Shown here: positions 34,844-48,135 of the stretch, one piece after another
How positions within the stretch are numbered: position 1 is the first letter of the stretch
Layout: each line of letters starts with the position of its first letter
Made by a program: the position numbers and the translations under genes
Assembly: GCA_964234715.1 (NCBI GenBank)
Contig: OZ174276.1
Length of the DNA: 64,000 nucleotides
DNA from: Podarcis melisellensis
Taxonomy: Eukaryota
Strand: one strand, 5' to 3'
Notes under the pieces: generated by a model
Databases searched by the model: none
Seen by the model: the letters and a program-made list of their open reading frames with translations, nothing else
What the model was told of the DNA's origin: nothing

Positions 34844-36470
34844 GTGAGAATTTCAGACTAACTTTTCACTGATACTACTGATGTTAAAGCACACCTAGGT
34901 GCATGCATTCATTCAGCGCTAACAGTCTCACAGGTATCAGGCAGAACCCGTAATATATATACACATGCACAATTGTCCCCTTCTACATGTTCAGGTTTCT
35001 TCTTCCAGACTTTCACCTCTTTCAGCTTGCTACTTTCACAGCCCATGCATTCTGAGTGTCTATCCCAGTTTTGGAAACCAAAGTAGCCGTGTGCTACAGT
35101 TCCCTGCCCATCTCAAAATCCTCATCCTAATGGATGAGGGATTTTTGAGCACAACCTTTTCCGATGATCTACATAGAGGGAGAGGGTGGAAGGCAGAGGG
35201 CTCTAGGAGCAAGAAAGTTCTATGGCTGCAAAAAAAAAATAAAAAAAAATAAATTAAAGGCCAAAGCTAGGACTTTCCTCTGGAAGCTGTGAGCCAGTGC
35301 AGTAGTTGTAATACTGGTCTTGTAGTCACCCAACACTTAACAAACTGCACTTTGCAGGCTTCAGTGCTATGCTTCTCTAAAGGTTTGTGATACCTTCAGG
35401 GCCACCAAATCTTGGAGAATACTTCACCCTGTCTGTTATTATGATATTGGTAGTTGCTGTTCTTTGGTTGCCTCCAAAAAATTGTACCTTGAGTTACATA
35501 TTGAAAAAAACAATGTCAGATATTTGGACTTGTTGGTCCATGACTCCATATTGAAACTGGGAGGGCTCTAATCATACAATATTATGCTGATAGTATTTGT
35601 TCAGGCTTAGAGCAAGCATGAGCAGGCCGTGTTTTATTATTGAATAAAATAACTTACTGTATCATTTGGCATATGGGTCTTAGGATACGATATAACTTTA
35701 GGCAGCACTAATTGCTTTTGACTGCTTTTTTGCCATTTGCAGACATTGAAGCACAGAGTGTATTTTTTTTATTCCCTTTGTTGTATTTGTAACTTCTGCT
35801 ATATCTGCTTCATTGGGTTTAAGGGTAGTGTTAAAAAACCATTATCCTTAAGCAATCAAGATAGAGATATTTAACTGATTTCAAAATGACAGCATTGTCC
35901 CAAGAGTTCTTCCTCATCACCCTTCTGTATCACATGAAACTAGCTTTTAGACATCTTGGTATACACTCATTAGGCCATTGTTACCTGTTCCCAGAAGTGG
36001 CTCATAGGATCTCAAGTCTTTCCTAATCCTGCTACTTAAGGTGATTTTAACTAGTAATGCTACTAATTAAAGCCACAGTTTCCTGCATGCAATCTGTGTT
36101 CTCTTCCACTAGCTGTGGCCCTTTCCCAGATCAGTTTTTTTCAGATGTTCCTATGACTAGACTCTTTTTTCCCCTAGGGTGAGGGAATGTATTCATGATT
36201 TTTAAACACTCACATTGCATTTGGTTGTTGTAACGTACATCTACACCAAATTTATTAAACTGGTTTAAGCACCATAGCCCCCAACCTTGAGAATTGTAAT
36301 TTTCTAATGCTGTAAGATCTCCAACCACTCTCTGCTATTCTTTATGTTTTTATGTGTTAAACTAGTTCAGTTTATAGTTTATATCTGTAGCATTAAGCTG
36401 CAAGGAGGGGGAAAAGTACACTTGTTGTCAAATATATCTTATCTCCTATGCACCATAAAATGGTAAGAAG

Positions 36471-36629
36471 GGCCTAGGCTTAGTGGTGGAGCACCTCTTT
36501 TACATGCAGAAGGTCCCAGTTTCAGCCCCCAGCACCTCAGGATATGACTGGGAGAGACCCTAGTCTGACCCACTGCCAATCAATACTGAGCTAGATAGTC
36601 CGAATCCGTATAAGGCAACTTCCTATGTC
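36471..36629 (+). mobile_element. Old tRNA-derived squamate SINE (Squam3-like)
   Basis: A-box-like GGCTTAGTGG, degenerate B box, tail tataaggcaacttcctatg. Confidence 0.5.
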
Positions 36630-38313
36630 AGTCACACGTCTGAGTTGTATGTGTGTGCAGAGCCCCTCTGTCAGGAAGATTCTGTAGCTAGACACAGAGT
36701 TTTGGCAGATACCTGGCCGCCACCCTCTACTTTGTTTATAAGGAAAAGTTGCTTATATAAATAGTTATGTTTCCTAACAGAAAGGAGGTTAATTACATTC
36801 CTTTACTATAAAGCTAAAATCATGCTGTCTTCCCTCTCCCTCCTTCCCCTCAGTAGTGTGGAAGTTCCCTTTCTGGCAGCTTTTCTAGCTGTTACTGCCA
36901 TTATAGCACTGAAGATAAAACAAAGAGCATTGCGTCAAAAGATTTATTCGTTAACTCTCATTGCCCTTTTTACTGTGTAAGATTCCTTGCTGAGGGATTA
37001 GTAAAATCCACTTTAAGACACCCAAAAGATGGGGCTCTCCCTTGGCCTTGGTGAAGTGGTAACTGATGCCAAGAAAGCATATGGTAGTTTGCTGAAGGCC
37101 ATAGGTAGAACCGGTATGGGAGTTCAAGGCAGGCATTTCTCCGTTCTTGTGTTTAAAAATGACCCCAGTATGAAAGTCAGGGGGTTACACCAAAGGGTTC
37201 CGTTTCCTGTACAAAATTTTATTTCTCTAATGCAGTGGTAGCCAGTGTGGTAACCTTCATAGATGGTTGGACCTCAGTTTCCTGGCCGTTGATCATGCTA
37301 GCTGGGACTGATGGGAATTAGAGTCCTGTGATCATTAGGGGACACCGTGTTAGCGATCCCTGCTCTAATTAGAGTAGTTGGTGTTGCATGTAGTTTGTTT
37401 ATCATTCCCTGTTTGTCTGCAGCCTGCCTTCTTGCTGATGGTAGTGTAGTTAGTTGCCTTTGTTCGCTGAGACTTGGTGCTGCTAGAGCTGTGTCATCTT
37501 CTGATTCCCCCCTCCCATTCCACCCGGCCAGCATTTTTTGATGACAATATGATTTCCGCAAGTCACTTCTGCCCTGTGCTGTAGTGTCAGAAGTTATTAG
37601 AAGCCTTGGCAGAAGCTGTGCCTCCTGTCCATTGGGCAGTTGATGTGGCCTCATAGTCCAGACTGATTAGCCACTCCTTTTGCTTCCCTCTTTGGTAATC
37701 CAGCTCTATCTGCATGTCTGTTCTTTTTGCAATTGATCCTTTATCAGTGAGACCAAACTCCAAAATAGCCTGTTGCTTAATAGCTTTGAGAATATAGCTG
37801 ATGTTTACTTGATAAAACAGGACTTTATGTGCTGTCATCAGTTTCTACTGAGTCTCTTTTTACAATTTATGCCCGAAGCTTTCTTTACAGAGCAAAAAAT
37901 GACTTTAGATAGCTTAGATGCACTCCGTTCACTCACAGACTGCCAGTCTTCATGGGATCATCTTAGAAGCTCAATTAGTGTGTTGTGCTGCATTTGTATT
38001 TCAGTTTTTACAAGTTTAATCCCTTTGATCTACATTCTGTTGCTGTTTAATTCTAGTCTACCAAGATAGCCTTGAGACCAGTCATTTAGTGCTTTGCTGG
38101 CTTGTGATATGCAGAACTTTGTTTTGGAGACTTCTCTTATAGTCTCAATTTGAAATCATGATGTAAAAAGTGATGCATATTATGTGGAGCTTTAGAACAG
38201 TGGGTACTTATGCTAACCACAAAATATACAGGCACATCCTGTACCACACACACAATTTTTTTTATTTTTTTTTTGTATACAAGGGTGTGCATTTGCTACT
38301 TCAAAACAGATGT

Positions 38314-38455
38314 CTAGCACAGTCAGTAAGAGCATGAGACTCTTAATCTCAGGGTCATGGGTTCAAGCCCCAAGTTGGGCAAAGTGATTCCTGTTTTACA
38401 GGGGGTTGGACTAGATGACCCTCATGGTCCCTTCCAACTCCACATTCTACGATTC
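38314..38455 (+). mobile_element. tRNA-Lys(CUU)-derived SINE with CR1 3' tail
   Basis: Head matches tRNA-Lys (GAGCATGAGACTCTTAATCTCAGGGTC.TGGGTTC.AGCCCCA.GTTGGGC); tail gggttggactagatgacc..ggtcccttccaactc..ttcta.gattc. Confidence 0.85.
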
Positions 38456-40243
38456 AAGTGAAATGCTGGGTTTGATACCTCTTACTGCAAGATCAAAACA
38501 ACCAGCTTTAAAAAATCGTTATGGCATGTTCCACTCAATTTACGCCTTGGGTGTCCTATAGATGTTAAAGCGGTGGTGCAGGAGTTTCCCATAGCAGTGC
38601 TGTGACATCTAAAGGGAGCATTGGATGTTTCATCGTTAAAGAGAAAATTGGGCACCCCTTCAGAGGCAGCAAGTCTTCTTTGCACTGCAGCAAATTAAAA
38701 TCGCCCCCAACTATTAGATCACGAGCAAATATCTATGTATGCTGCGGAACCCAGGCAGTAAGCACCCAGAGTACTGCAAAAATGTCAGTTAAAATTCAGA
38801 ATGTTAAGGGAGTTGCAGCACATGCATTATCTACTCAGCAGTAAGCCCCATTGAGCTCAAAAGAACTTAAATGTGTGGGGGATTGCAGCTCTGAATAACA
38901 TTACAGTGCTCAGCCCAGTTCAACCTTCAGTTCATTTAATGAATTGATATTGCCCTTCAATGGGTATATCCAAGGCAGAAAAAACAAATACGTTATAAAA
39001 CAATCAATACAAGAGAAGGATTAAAGTATCTCATCAAATTCAAAGCATGGGAAAATAGAATGGGCTGTACCTGGCACCAAAAAGACATTAATGCAGCCCC
39101 CAGGCAAGCCTCTTGGGAAGAAAATTCCCTGAGTGAGGCACCACAAATAAAGGAATGTTTTGATAGCATGGTAACATGTTACATATTTGGTATCATTCTT
39201 TGCCCTCTGATACAAGGCCTTGGAGAGAGCCAAAAATTGCAGGAATATTTTTTTAAAATGTTATATTGGCATTTATAACTGATCCCCTTGGTACTCGGAC
39301 TGCAGTGTTTCCGAAAACACAATAATCTCACAATATAGGACACAATAAACCCAAAATATCACTCTATATTACTAAGCTTCAGTGCCTGCATGCTCTGAGG
39401 GTGCTGTAGGGTCATTGAAGGTTTCTACTCAAGGTAGAGGCTTGCTGCCGTTACAGAAAAATACTGACAGGTTGGACTAATAACCCCTGCCTTTTCTGCA
39501 AATTCCTCCCCAAACCTCCCTAATGTGTCCATTCCTCTGTTGCTGAAGAATATCACTGGTAGGAGAAGATAACAACGTGGTTTAATTGGCAAAAGGCAGG
39601 CAAGCATGGCTAGTTTCTGAACAGAAGTCATTTATGGGCAGGAAAAGGGTAAGGAGGCTCTGCCACACCCAGAGATTACAAGGTGCCAGCCTCCTTAAGG
39701 TTCTCTTACACGCTATGGTGAGAAGATGGACTCGGTGCCAAATTTTGTTTTTTAGTGTCAGTTTGTCTGAGCCAGATTTTCCTTCTATCCTTTATACTCA
39801 CTTGCTCTGTGAAAGCACCTGTGATGCACAGATGTTGAGCAAAGTCATCCTTCCTTTGTTGTGAAGCTATCACCCATAGGTGGGAGGAAATACTTGGCTT
39901 GGAAAGAGTGTTTTCTTTGGTATACTTTACCCAAGCCAAATTCTGCCCCTGGACCCTCTGAATGTTTCAAGGATGTTGAGCAGAATCAACCTTTCTCCAC
40001 TGCCAAGGCAATGTGGCAAAGTGTTCCCTTGTGAGCCAGTGGTTTGCATATGTTCTCCAGTGAAAACTGCATATAAACCTACTCAACCTTTTGGGATCCA
40101 CCTGTCAACTAATGCTACCTTTTAAGTACTATTCCCTCCCCCAACCCCCATTATAATTGCAAATATAATAATATCACACCAGTTGCTAATTCAGGACATG
40201 TATTTTTTCCTCCATTTTAGTATACATACCTAGGCAGCTTATA

Positions 40244-40477
40244 CAGTGGTACCTCGGGTTACATATGCTTAAGGTTACATACGCTTCAGGTTACAGACTC
40301 CGCTAACCCAGAAATACTACCTCGGGTTAAGAACTTTGCTTCAGGATGAGAACAGAAATTGTGTAGCGGCAGCAGGAGGAGGCCCCATTAGCTAAAGTGG
40401 TGCTTCAGGTTCAGAACAGTTTCAGGTTAAGTATGGACCTCCGGAACGAATTAAGTACTTAACCCGAGGTACCACTG
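40244..40477. mobile_element. Tc1/mariner (pogo/Tigger-like) MITE
   Basis: TIR CAGTGGTACCTCGGGTT / AACCCGAGGTACCACTG flanked by TA; further copies at 53880 and 54582. Confidence 0.9.
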
Positions 40478-41465
40478 TATTTGCATAGAGGGGAGGCAGC
40501 AAGTGAGGCTGTCTCTTAAAGGGGCTGCATAACAGTAACAGTGTGCTGTCGTGAAGAGGAAACCAGCCCTAGAAATAAGAAAAGGCCCTTGTCATGCGAA
40601 CATGTTTGGACACCTCTGTGGCACTTCCTACAATTTGAGATGCCCTTATTTGAGTTCATTATACTGGGTGCCTTTAAATTTATGCTTAGAAGGCTATAGA
40701 AAGCCCACTGATATGTGCTGTAACGTTGGTGTGAAGTGATTCCTGGCCCAGAAGCCATCCATAATGTTTTGTACCAGCTGCACAAAGGGCTGACTTCTCT
40801 AGAATCTGATTAAGAATGTTAAATAGCCCTGTCAGAGCAAGAATACAGTTGATGAGGCAACCCAGGGTTCCTTTTGAACATATATTATTATAGTTGTGCA
40901 AGGTTACCTAGCTATGTTTTTCCCACATGTCATTATGCCCACGTGCGGCATGTGAACAGCAGGAAATTTAAAGCCTGATGTGAAACTACACAAAGAAAAT
41001 CGAAACCCTTGAATTCCAGGATACACTTTCCTATATTTAATTTGTTTTGAAATTTAAACCCTGCCTTTCTTTGTAAGTTTAAAGCTGCATTTTTAAAAGT
41101 CCATAAAACATGCAGAATCTACAGGACTTTCAAATGAGGTAGATTTAGCTGCTTACCAGTGAAAATCTCAGTTTTACTGTCTTAGAGCACTTTAAGACCT
41201 ACACGTGGGAATATGTATTAAGTTTCCTGCCATCACATTGAATCCACCAGTCTTTGGTAATATGGCACCCTGAGTGAGGCCAAAATTTCGCATCCCCTCA
41301 GCTCAGTGCCCTGTTTGGGGGAACTGTCCACACCACCCTAAATCCAGCACTGCTACCAACTCTGGTTTTCAAAATGGTTGGTCATCTCTTTGAGCCTGAG
41401 TTTGCAAAGAAATGCAAAGTAGATACTTTTAAAATATGTTTGACGGCCATATTTCTCTGTTCTAG

Positions 41466-41601
41466 ATGTGAACGGCTAGAAGAGCAGCTGAATGACCTGA
41501 CTGAGCTCCACCAGAATGAGATCCTTAATTTAAAGCAGGAATTGGCCAGCATGGAGGAAAAAATAGCTTATCAGTCTTATGAACGTGCCAGAGACATCCA
41601 G
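41466..41601 (+). CDS. TMCC1: TMCC1 penultimate coding exon (coiled coil)
   Basis: (R)[45 protein letters not shown]; tag|A acceptor completes the phase-2 codon; donor CAG|GTTGG. Confidence 0.96.
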
Positions 41602-42350
41602 GTTGGTGAAAGTGACAAGCAAATTGAAAATGGTCAACTGATTATATTTTTCTTAACTATTGAGCTGGTTCAGTTTCCGCTTTAATTCCCATTAATAGTG
41701 GAATCAGATTTTGTGCCCTGTATTCTGAATTACATTTATCTCATTGTTTTTACTGCAGGAGTCTTTGTTAACAGGAGCCAGATAACCATCTACAGTACTC
41801 TCAAAAGTTCAAATGAGAGTTTGCCTCCGTATTTGAGGGAAGCTATAATAAAGCTTTTCCATGTGTGTTTGGGCCAAAATGCTGCCCTGTGAAGCATAAG
41901 AGTTTTTTAATAGTATTTTCCCTAGTTAGCTGATGGCAGGATGTGTCTGTCACTAATTTGAATCCTATCTGTACAAATGTTGAATTAAAAACAGTAGCTA
42001 GCTTTGTATATCCTCTCAGGCCTTTCAGGAAGCAACCTATTCCATTTTTCTTTCCCAAATAAGGATGTGTTTTGAGGGGGAAGTTTTTGGTCTGGGTATG
42101 TCAAGTATTTGAAATTCAGAAGTCTGAAAAGTTGAACTTGGAGAGTTGCAGCTGCAAAATAAACACCAAGAACAAGTAACCAAGCCCTTGCCTGACCGCA
42201 GTGAAATACTTTCTTACTTGTTTCACATTCACCCAAGTTATAAAGCCAAAGTAATCCCTTACAGGGTTGTTGTTATTATTCCAGCTGGGGGAAACAGTGT
42301 TCAAAATTCTGCCACATAAACTGTCCAGGCGTGTAGTAGTAGTAATAGTA

Positions 42351-42404
<54 letters not shown>

Positions 42405-42610
42405 ACCCCACCCATCTGGCTTGGTTTCCCCAGCCACTCTGGGTGGCTTCCAACAGAATATTAAAATAATCTATTAAACATTAAAAGCTTCCCTAAACAG
42501 GGCTGCCTTCAGATGTCTGCTAAAAGTCTGGTAGTTGTTTTTCTCTTCGACATCTGGTGGTAGGGCGTTCCACAGGGCAGGTGCCACTACCGAGAAGGCC
42601 CTCTGTCTGT
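42351..42610 (-). mobile_element. L2-type LINE 3' fragment with (ATT)n tail
   Basis: Reverse complement closely matches 62340-62605. Confidence 0.75.
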
Positions 42611-43482
42611 GTAGGTTTAGGGTGTTGGTTTTAAATTAGAGAGGTGCATTCAACCCCTTCTGGTTCAATGGTAATTATAATAGTAATAGAAATGGTAATA
42701 ATAATCATCAGAATAAACAATTTTCACCAGCTGTACTGTTGCTACTTCAGCATAAATTAAACATCAGTGTCTGGAGCACTTATATTATAAACTGCCACCA
42801 TTGTTGGTGAGGGGTATGAGACACAAGTATTCATGCTGGGATGTGTGGGGTGGTGTTCAGGCAGGTAGCTGAAATTGAGCTACCTTTCCTGAAGACCTAT
42901 GTCTCTTCATTCAATCCCAGAGTTGTACTGTTTATAACAGTGGCCTGTGATATGAAAGCATGAAATGGAAAACAGGTAGGATCCACCGTCCTCTACTATT
43001 GCTGAGGCTGAATCTATCATGCCACCAAGTCTTGTGAAAGTACTGTTGTAAATGCAATAAGCAACTTGCATTGTGGTTGGATCTGCTTGTTTGCATTGCG
43101 AATTGCCTGTATGCACTATGCAGCACGAAGGGAATTTTTGCTACAGGACATGAATCCAGCAAGTGTTACTCATATCCTGTGCAGTGTGAGTAAGGCTGCA
43201 GGAATGCCTGAGGTATTGAACTCCCAAACTTTATTTAGACTCAGGATATGCAAAACCAGTTCTTCATCCGTGTCCTTGGCACCTGATCTCACTGTCAGCA
43301 GACTGGCGTGATTCCAACCAAATGTGTCCAGGAACCCACTGCAATTTTTGACCCATTTGAGTAGGAAGCAATACAGAACAAGGCCAGCCTCTCTCCCTTC
43401 CCCATTTTTGGATGAAACCAACATGCATATGCATGAGATAAGGTGTTGTGCAGTTACTGATTCATTCTCTTACTCTCAACAG

Positions 43483-43797
43483 GAGGCACTGGAGGCATGT
43501 CAAACCAGAATCTCAAAGATGGAACTGCAGCAGCAACAGCAGCAAGTTGTCCAGTTGGAAGGTCTTGAAAATGCCACTGCCAGAAACCTCCTGGGCAAAC
43601 TAATTAACATCCTCTTGGCTGTCATGGCCGTTCTGTTGGTCTTTGTCTCTACCGTGGCCAACTGTGTTGTCCCCCTCATGAAAACTCGCAGCAGGACGTT
43701 CAGCACTTTATTTATAGTGGTCTTCGTTGCCTTTTTGTGGAAGCACTGGGACGCCATCACTGGCTACTTGGAACGGTTCTTTTCTCCCCCTAGATGA
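43483..43797 (+). CDS. TMCC1: TMCC1 last coding exon (two transmembrane helices)
   Basis: EALEACQTRISKMELQQQQQQVVQLEGLENATARNLLGKLINILLAVMAVLLVFVSTVANC...FFSPPR*; acceptor caacag|GAG. Confidence 0.97.
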   Translation, partial: EALEACQTRISKMELQQQQQQVVQLEGLENATARNLLGKLINILLAVMAVLLVFVSTVANCVVPLMKTRSRTFSTLFIVVFVAFLWKHWDAITGYLERFFSPPR

Positions 43798-46700
43798 TGT
43801 CGAGAAGAGCTGGCTGTTGCCCTACCCACTCCGGTTTGCTCTGGCAAGTGAGCATGGCAAAGCTTAATCAGCCACTCCTTCCTCTGCTGAAGTTTTAAAG
43901 TGTCAGAGTGTGAATTTGTTTACAGTTAAAATAACATTTTCTCTCTATGAGACACATTGGCAATAGTATTTTTTAGATTTTATTCAAGAGCTCTTTTTGG
44001 CAAAAAAAAAAAATCCTGGATACTTTTTATGTAGCATGGTTCTCTTTGGATGCAAATCTTTAAGTTTCCTTAAATGTACAAAAATAAAACACCAATTTGG
44101 AGCACACCAATGGGCAATTTAAATTATGGCAAACTACTGTACTAAACCTGTTGGGGGAGTGGAGAAGACAGTTACATAAAGCGTAATAAAGATTAATCTA
44201 GTGCACAGTGACACCGTGACGATCCCATAATGCTACTGTGAAACCTGACCACATTCCATGTCCGAATGTATAGCTTCAGGGTGGCTTTCTCTAATGGAAG
44301 ACCAGTGCAATGCATGGAAGTCCCTGGATCCGTTGCTGGGTTGGCCTCTTCTGCTAACCACCCTCTTTCTGCAAGGCCTATTAAACTTTTTGGCTAGCTA
44401 TATGAAGTGGACAAGTTATGCCAGACATAGTTACTGCACAGTTGTACTACAGTATTTTGAAGTAGCCCTTTAAATACTTTAAGCAAATGCCCTTGGTCGC
44501 ACTTTTACGGTTTTTTAATATATGTATAGTCACAGATTTAAAAATCCGAATGGCATACTTGAAGAGTGTAATACTCAAACTCTCAGTGCTTCCTTATTGT
44601 TTCTAATAGGATTTTTTATTATTCTTATTGGGGGTTGTTTTTGAACTTAGTGGTGGGCAGGGTCATCATCTCTCTCTCTCTTTTCGTTTTCCTTTAAAAT
44701 AAAGAAGTGATGTTCTGAAATGAAGAAATGTGTGAATAAGTGTGAGCTGTCTTATCCTGAAACAGTTTTGGAGAAGGCAGGAAACAGCTTCAAGTGCATC
44801 TTGAGTGCAGACCTATTCAGGTGTGATTTGTATTCTCCCTAACTTGCCGATGCAGCATCACAAAGAGAGCTCTCTCTCTCTCCTCCTTTTAGTCTTCGCA
44901 TAGTGTCTTTTTCTTTTAAAAGGTGTGGCGGGCAGGTCTGTTACATATAGAGAACTGAATACTTTCCAGAGAGTAAAGAAATCCTTGTCTGACGTAAGGA
45001 GAGATGAAAACTAACTTTTGAAACTGCCAAGTGAGTGAGCTGAAGTTCTGCTCCGAAAATAAAATTGGTACTTGGAAGTCGTAATCTCACGGATAGTCCA
45101 TAGGTTTTATATTTTCAGTTTAGATTCTTGCATACCAAAGCTAGGCTTGTGGCTGAATAGCCTACATCCAGTCAACTTCAAGTCTGTTTCTGAAAGTTGC
45201 CCTGTATCTTTAAGGGAAGGGTAAAACACTTAAGGAAACATCAGATCAAAAGGCCAATCCCTTAGATATTCCCAGATTTAATTTACTGTTCAAATAAACC
45301 CCTGATAATGGAAACCAAAGTTATCCTGTTAGCAAGCTGGCAGTGTTCACTGTTGGTGAGGTTTTTTGTGTTTAGAGCCCTTCTGTGCATCTTGTTCTCA
45401 TATAGTATGTGATGGAGAGAGTCTCCTTCCCTCTATAAGTAATAATATATTGTACAGCTTTACTGACTGATGGTTGTACATTACCAAGAAATGGGGGGGA
45501 AGTGTAACTGCCAATGGCTTGTGCTGGTTCATTCTCCACCCACAGTCATATTGACTGTCAAGATGATGTCCCAGAGGGGGAGAGAGAGAGAATGTTGTCC
45601 TGGGCAAGACATGCAGTTAGGGGAGAAGTGTCATAAGAAATGACCGCTTGTTCCTCTGCTTTCCTTTTTGGAACTGGTCCTGGGACTGGAACAAGACTGT
45701 GACATGTTTCTTTCAGGAGCCTTTTTCTTTTTTACACTGGCCAATAGGGTTTATATCTCTGGAATTCAGATTCATTCTTAATTCTGGCTCACTGTACTCA
45801 TTGTGAAACAAGTTTGTTGTTTTTTAAAAGTCTGTTTTACATCGTTGGAATTCAATAATTTATTGTAACGTACCCTTGGTCAGTATTGCATCTTAAGAAA
45901 TTAACAATGCCCAAGTGACCTGAAATAATGTGGAATATGAAGTCCAGGAACTCTTGCTGTTAGGGCTTTATCCTCTAGAACTGCGTAACCATTTCCCTTG
46001 CTTTCCTGAATGGGACTTGATTTCTGATTGCTATCTTCCAGCAGGGAGAAACCTTCCCTCTGCCCTAGTCATGGTTCAAGAGATTCAGCGTATCACTTTT
46101 CAGATTCACGGCTCTTTATATACTCAGGTTCCTCAATCTAATAACATTACACCTCATTGTCACTGAGCAAATATCTGCTTGTCCTTCTAAGGAATTGCCA
46201 GTTTCAACAGACTCAAGCCAAAAAATAAACAAACAAACATTCCTGTTTCCCTAGACTTGCAGATACAGAATGAATTTGTTAGTATTCCCATTCCCATTTA
46301 TACTGATCTGCCATGACAAGAATCTCTCTTAAGTTTATGCCCACTTTACTTGATATAGCATCCGACTCTCCACCCTTTCTCAATTTTCACGGTATTTCAT
46401 TAAAAAAAATACTAAAGGAAGCAACAAGGGCAGGCTTTGGTCTGCATTCTGAAGTGCTTGAAATGAGCCTCTTCCAGGAACTCGTATCCTGGCATCTCCG
46501 TCAGGTTTTTGATGGTACTCTGAATTCACTGTAGATTTGTTTAGCCCAGGATACAAACCAATACAAAGTGGATGATAAATGAGCACTTTGTTACTCATTA
46601 CTCATTAAAGTCTAAAAGGAGGGGGTGGCGCTTAATTCCATCCCCTGTAAAAATGCATTTATGGTTTCTGAATTCTGAGTGTACCATAAACAAACTGTCC

Positions 46701-48135
46701 TGTTTACCAGAAGGAAAATGATTGATAGAACCCCTGATCTCCAGGACTGTTCTGTGAAGGTCTTTTGGCTTACAGTTATAAGTGATTCTCAATACCATCA
46801 TATTTCTGAAAGATTGCCAAAAGTGCTTTGTGTTGTTGAATCCTATCTGTCAACTCTCCTAACCTGACTCCTGTCTTGTCATTTTGCCATTTGTATTTTT
46901 ACTTTATTTTATTTTGGTTAGCAGATCATACATTTTCTCCCTACCGTTGATCTGAAGGGCTGTGGCTGCATCAAATTGTTTAAGAGATGTTAATAATTTC
47001 AGAAATGTGAACTAGCTTTAAAACTCCCATCCCATTTGCAAGTGCTGTGTTCTTTTTCTTGAAGGTGAAGCATTCCTGGATGACTTGTTTAAAGGCAGTG
47101 TCTGCCAGTGAATGAGTGTGTGTGTGTGTGTGTGTGTGTGTGTAACATTACTCTTACTATTGCTCTTTTTACTGCTGTGGACCTCCTTGAGTTACAGAAT
47201 TATTTTTCCATATAATTTCTTATTTGGAGAGGGTGAAGTGTTTAATATATTAATCACATATCAGCTGATCACAAAAAGGAATAAATGTAGCAGACTGCCT
47301 TGAAGGAAAGATGTGATATTTTAACATGCTTACCATGCTTCATGAAACATTTTCAGTCCTACTCAAGAGTAGATCCACTGAAATTCATGGGCATAAATTA
47401 ACCATGCCTGTAAATTTCTGTGGCTCTGCTCTGATTACAACATGGTTGGAAAGAACCCTATTTGCCTTTTTTTTTTTACTAAAGTGAAAAGTTAACCATG
47501 TTTTGATTTTCTTTCATACCTCCCACCATTGCATATGATGCCTCATATGTTCTGAGCGTATCCTCAAGTGATAACATTGTGTTCACAGTGATTACTTAAT
47601 TAGTTTATTCCAACTTTGTGGACACCTAAAAACCTGATGTCGTTGAGGAGGTCTGTAGGTTTATGCATTGGCCAGCTGGGTCATGATCTTTCTTCTACAT
47701 GGGGTGGGGGTAGGACTTGTAAGAAATGAAAGCTGCAAGCAGTAGAAACCAAGAAGCCAGCTCCTGGCGGAGGGAGGGAGGGAGGCAGGTGTTTTGCCCT
47801 TGCTGGATTGCTTGCCAGTTTCTAAGAGAATTCTGAATGTGGCTAAAAGAGGTCTGTGTGTCTGTATTGTGTATGCCAGGTGGTACCGTGCATCAGTAGG
47901 CAACTGACATAGCTGTAAGTGTGGTTTTTTAAGAAGTATAAAACTAAAAACTCACTTGCACAGGAGGAAGAGTTACAGAAATGACACTTGTGAACGTAAC
48001 ACTGTAGTTTATAGGTATTTTAAGCTGCTAATTGTTGAGAGGGATTGACATTTGTCTTGTCTGATCGTCACAGGCTTGTCTGTGGCTTACACTGTATATA
48101 AAATTAAATAAAGACCTCAGATATTAAGTGCTGTG
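43798..48135 (+). other. TMCC1 long 3'UTR with probable distal polyadenylation signal
   Basis: AT-rich with few recognisable TEs; overlapping ATTAAA/AATAAA at 48103-48112, TGTATATA just upstream, GT-rich tract downstream; end is inferred. Confidence 0.55.

Noticed and set aside
38314-38390. tRNA-Lys gene
   Set aside because: Degenerate acceptor and D arms and fused to a CR1 tail, so a SINE rather than a functional tRNA
42116-42464. Poly-Ile 'transmembrane' ORFs (also 62469-62651)
   Set aside because: Translations of (ATT)n LINE tails
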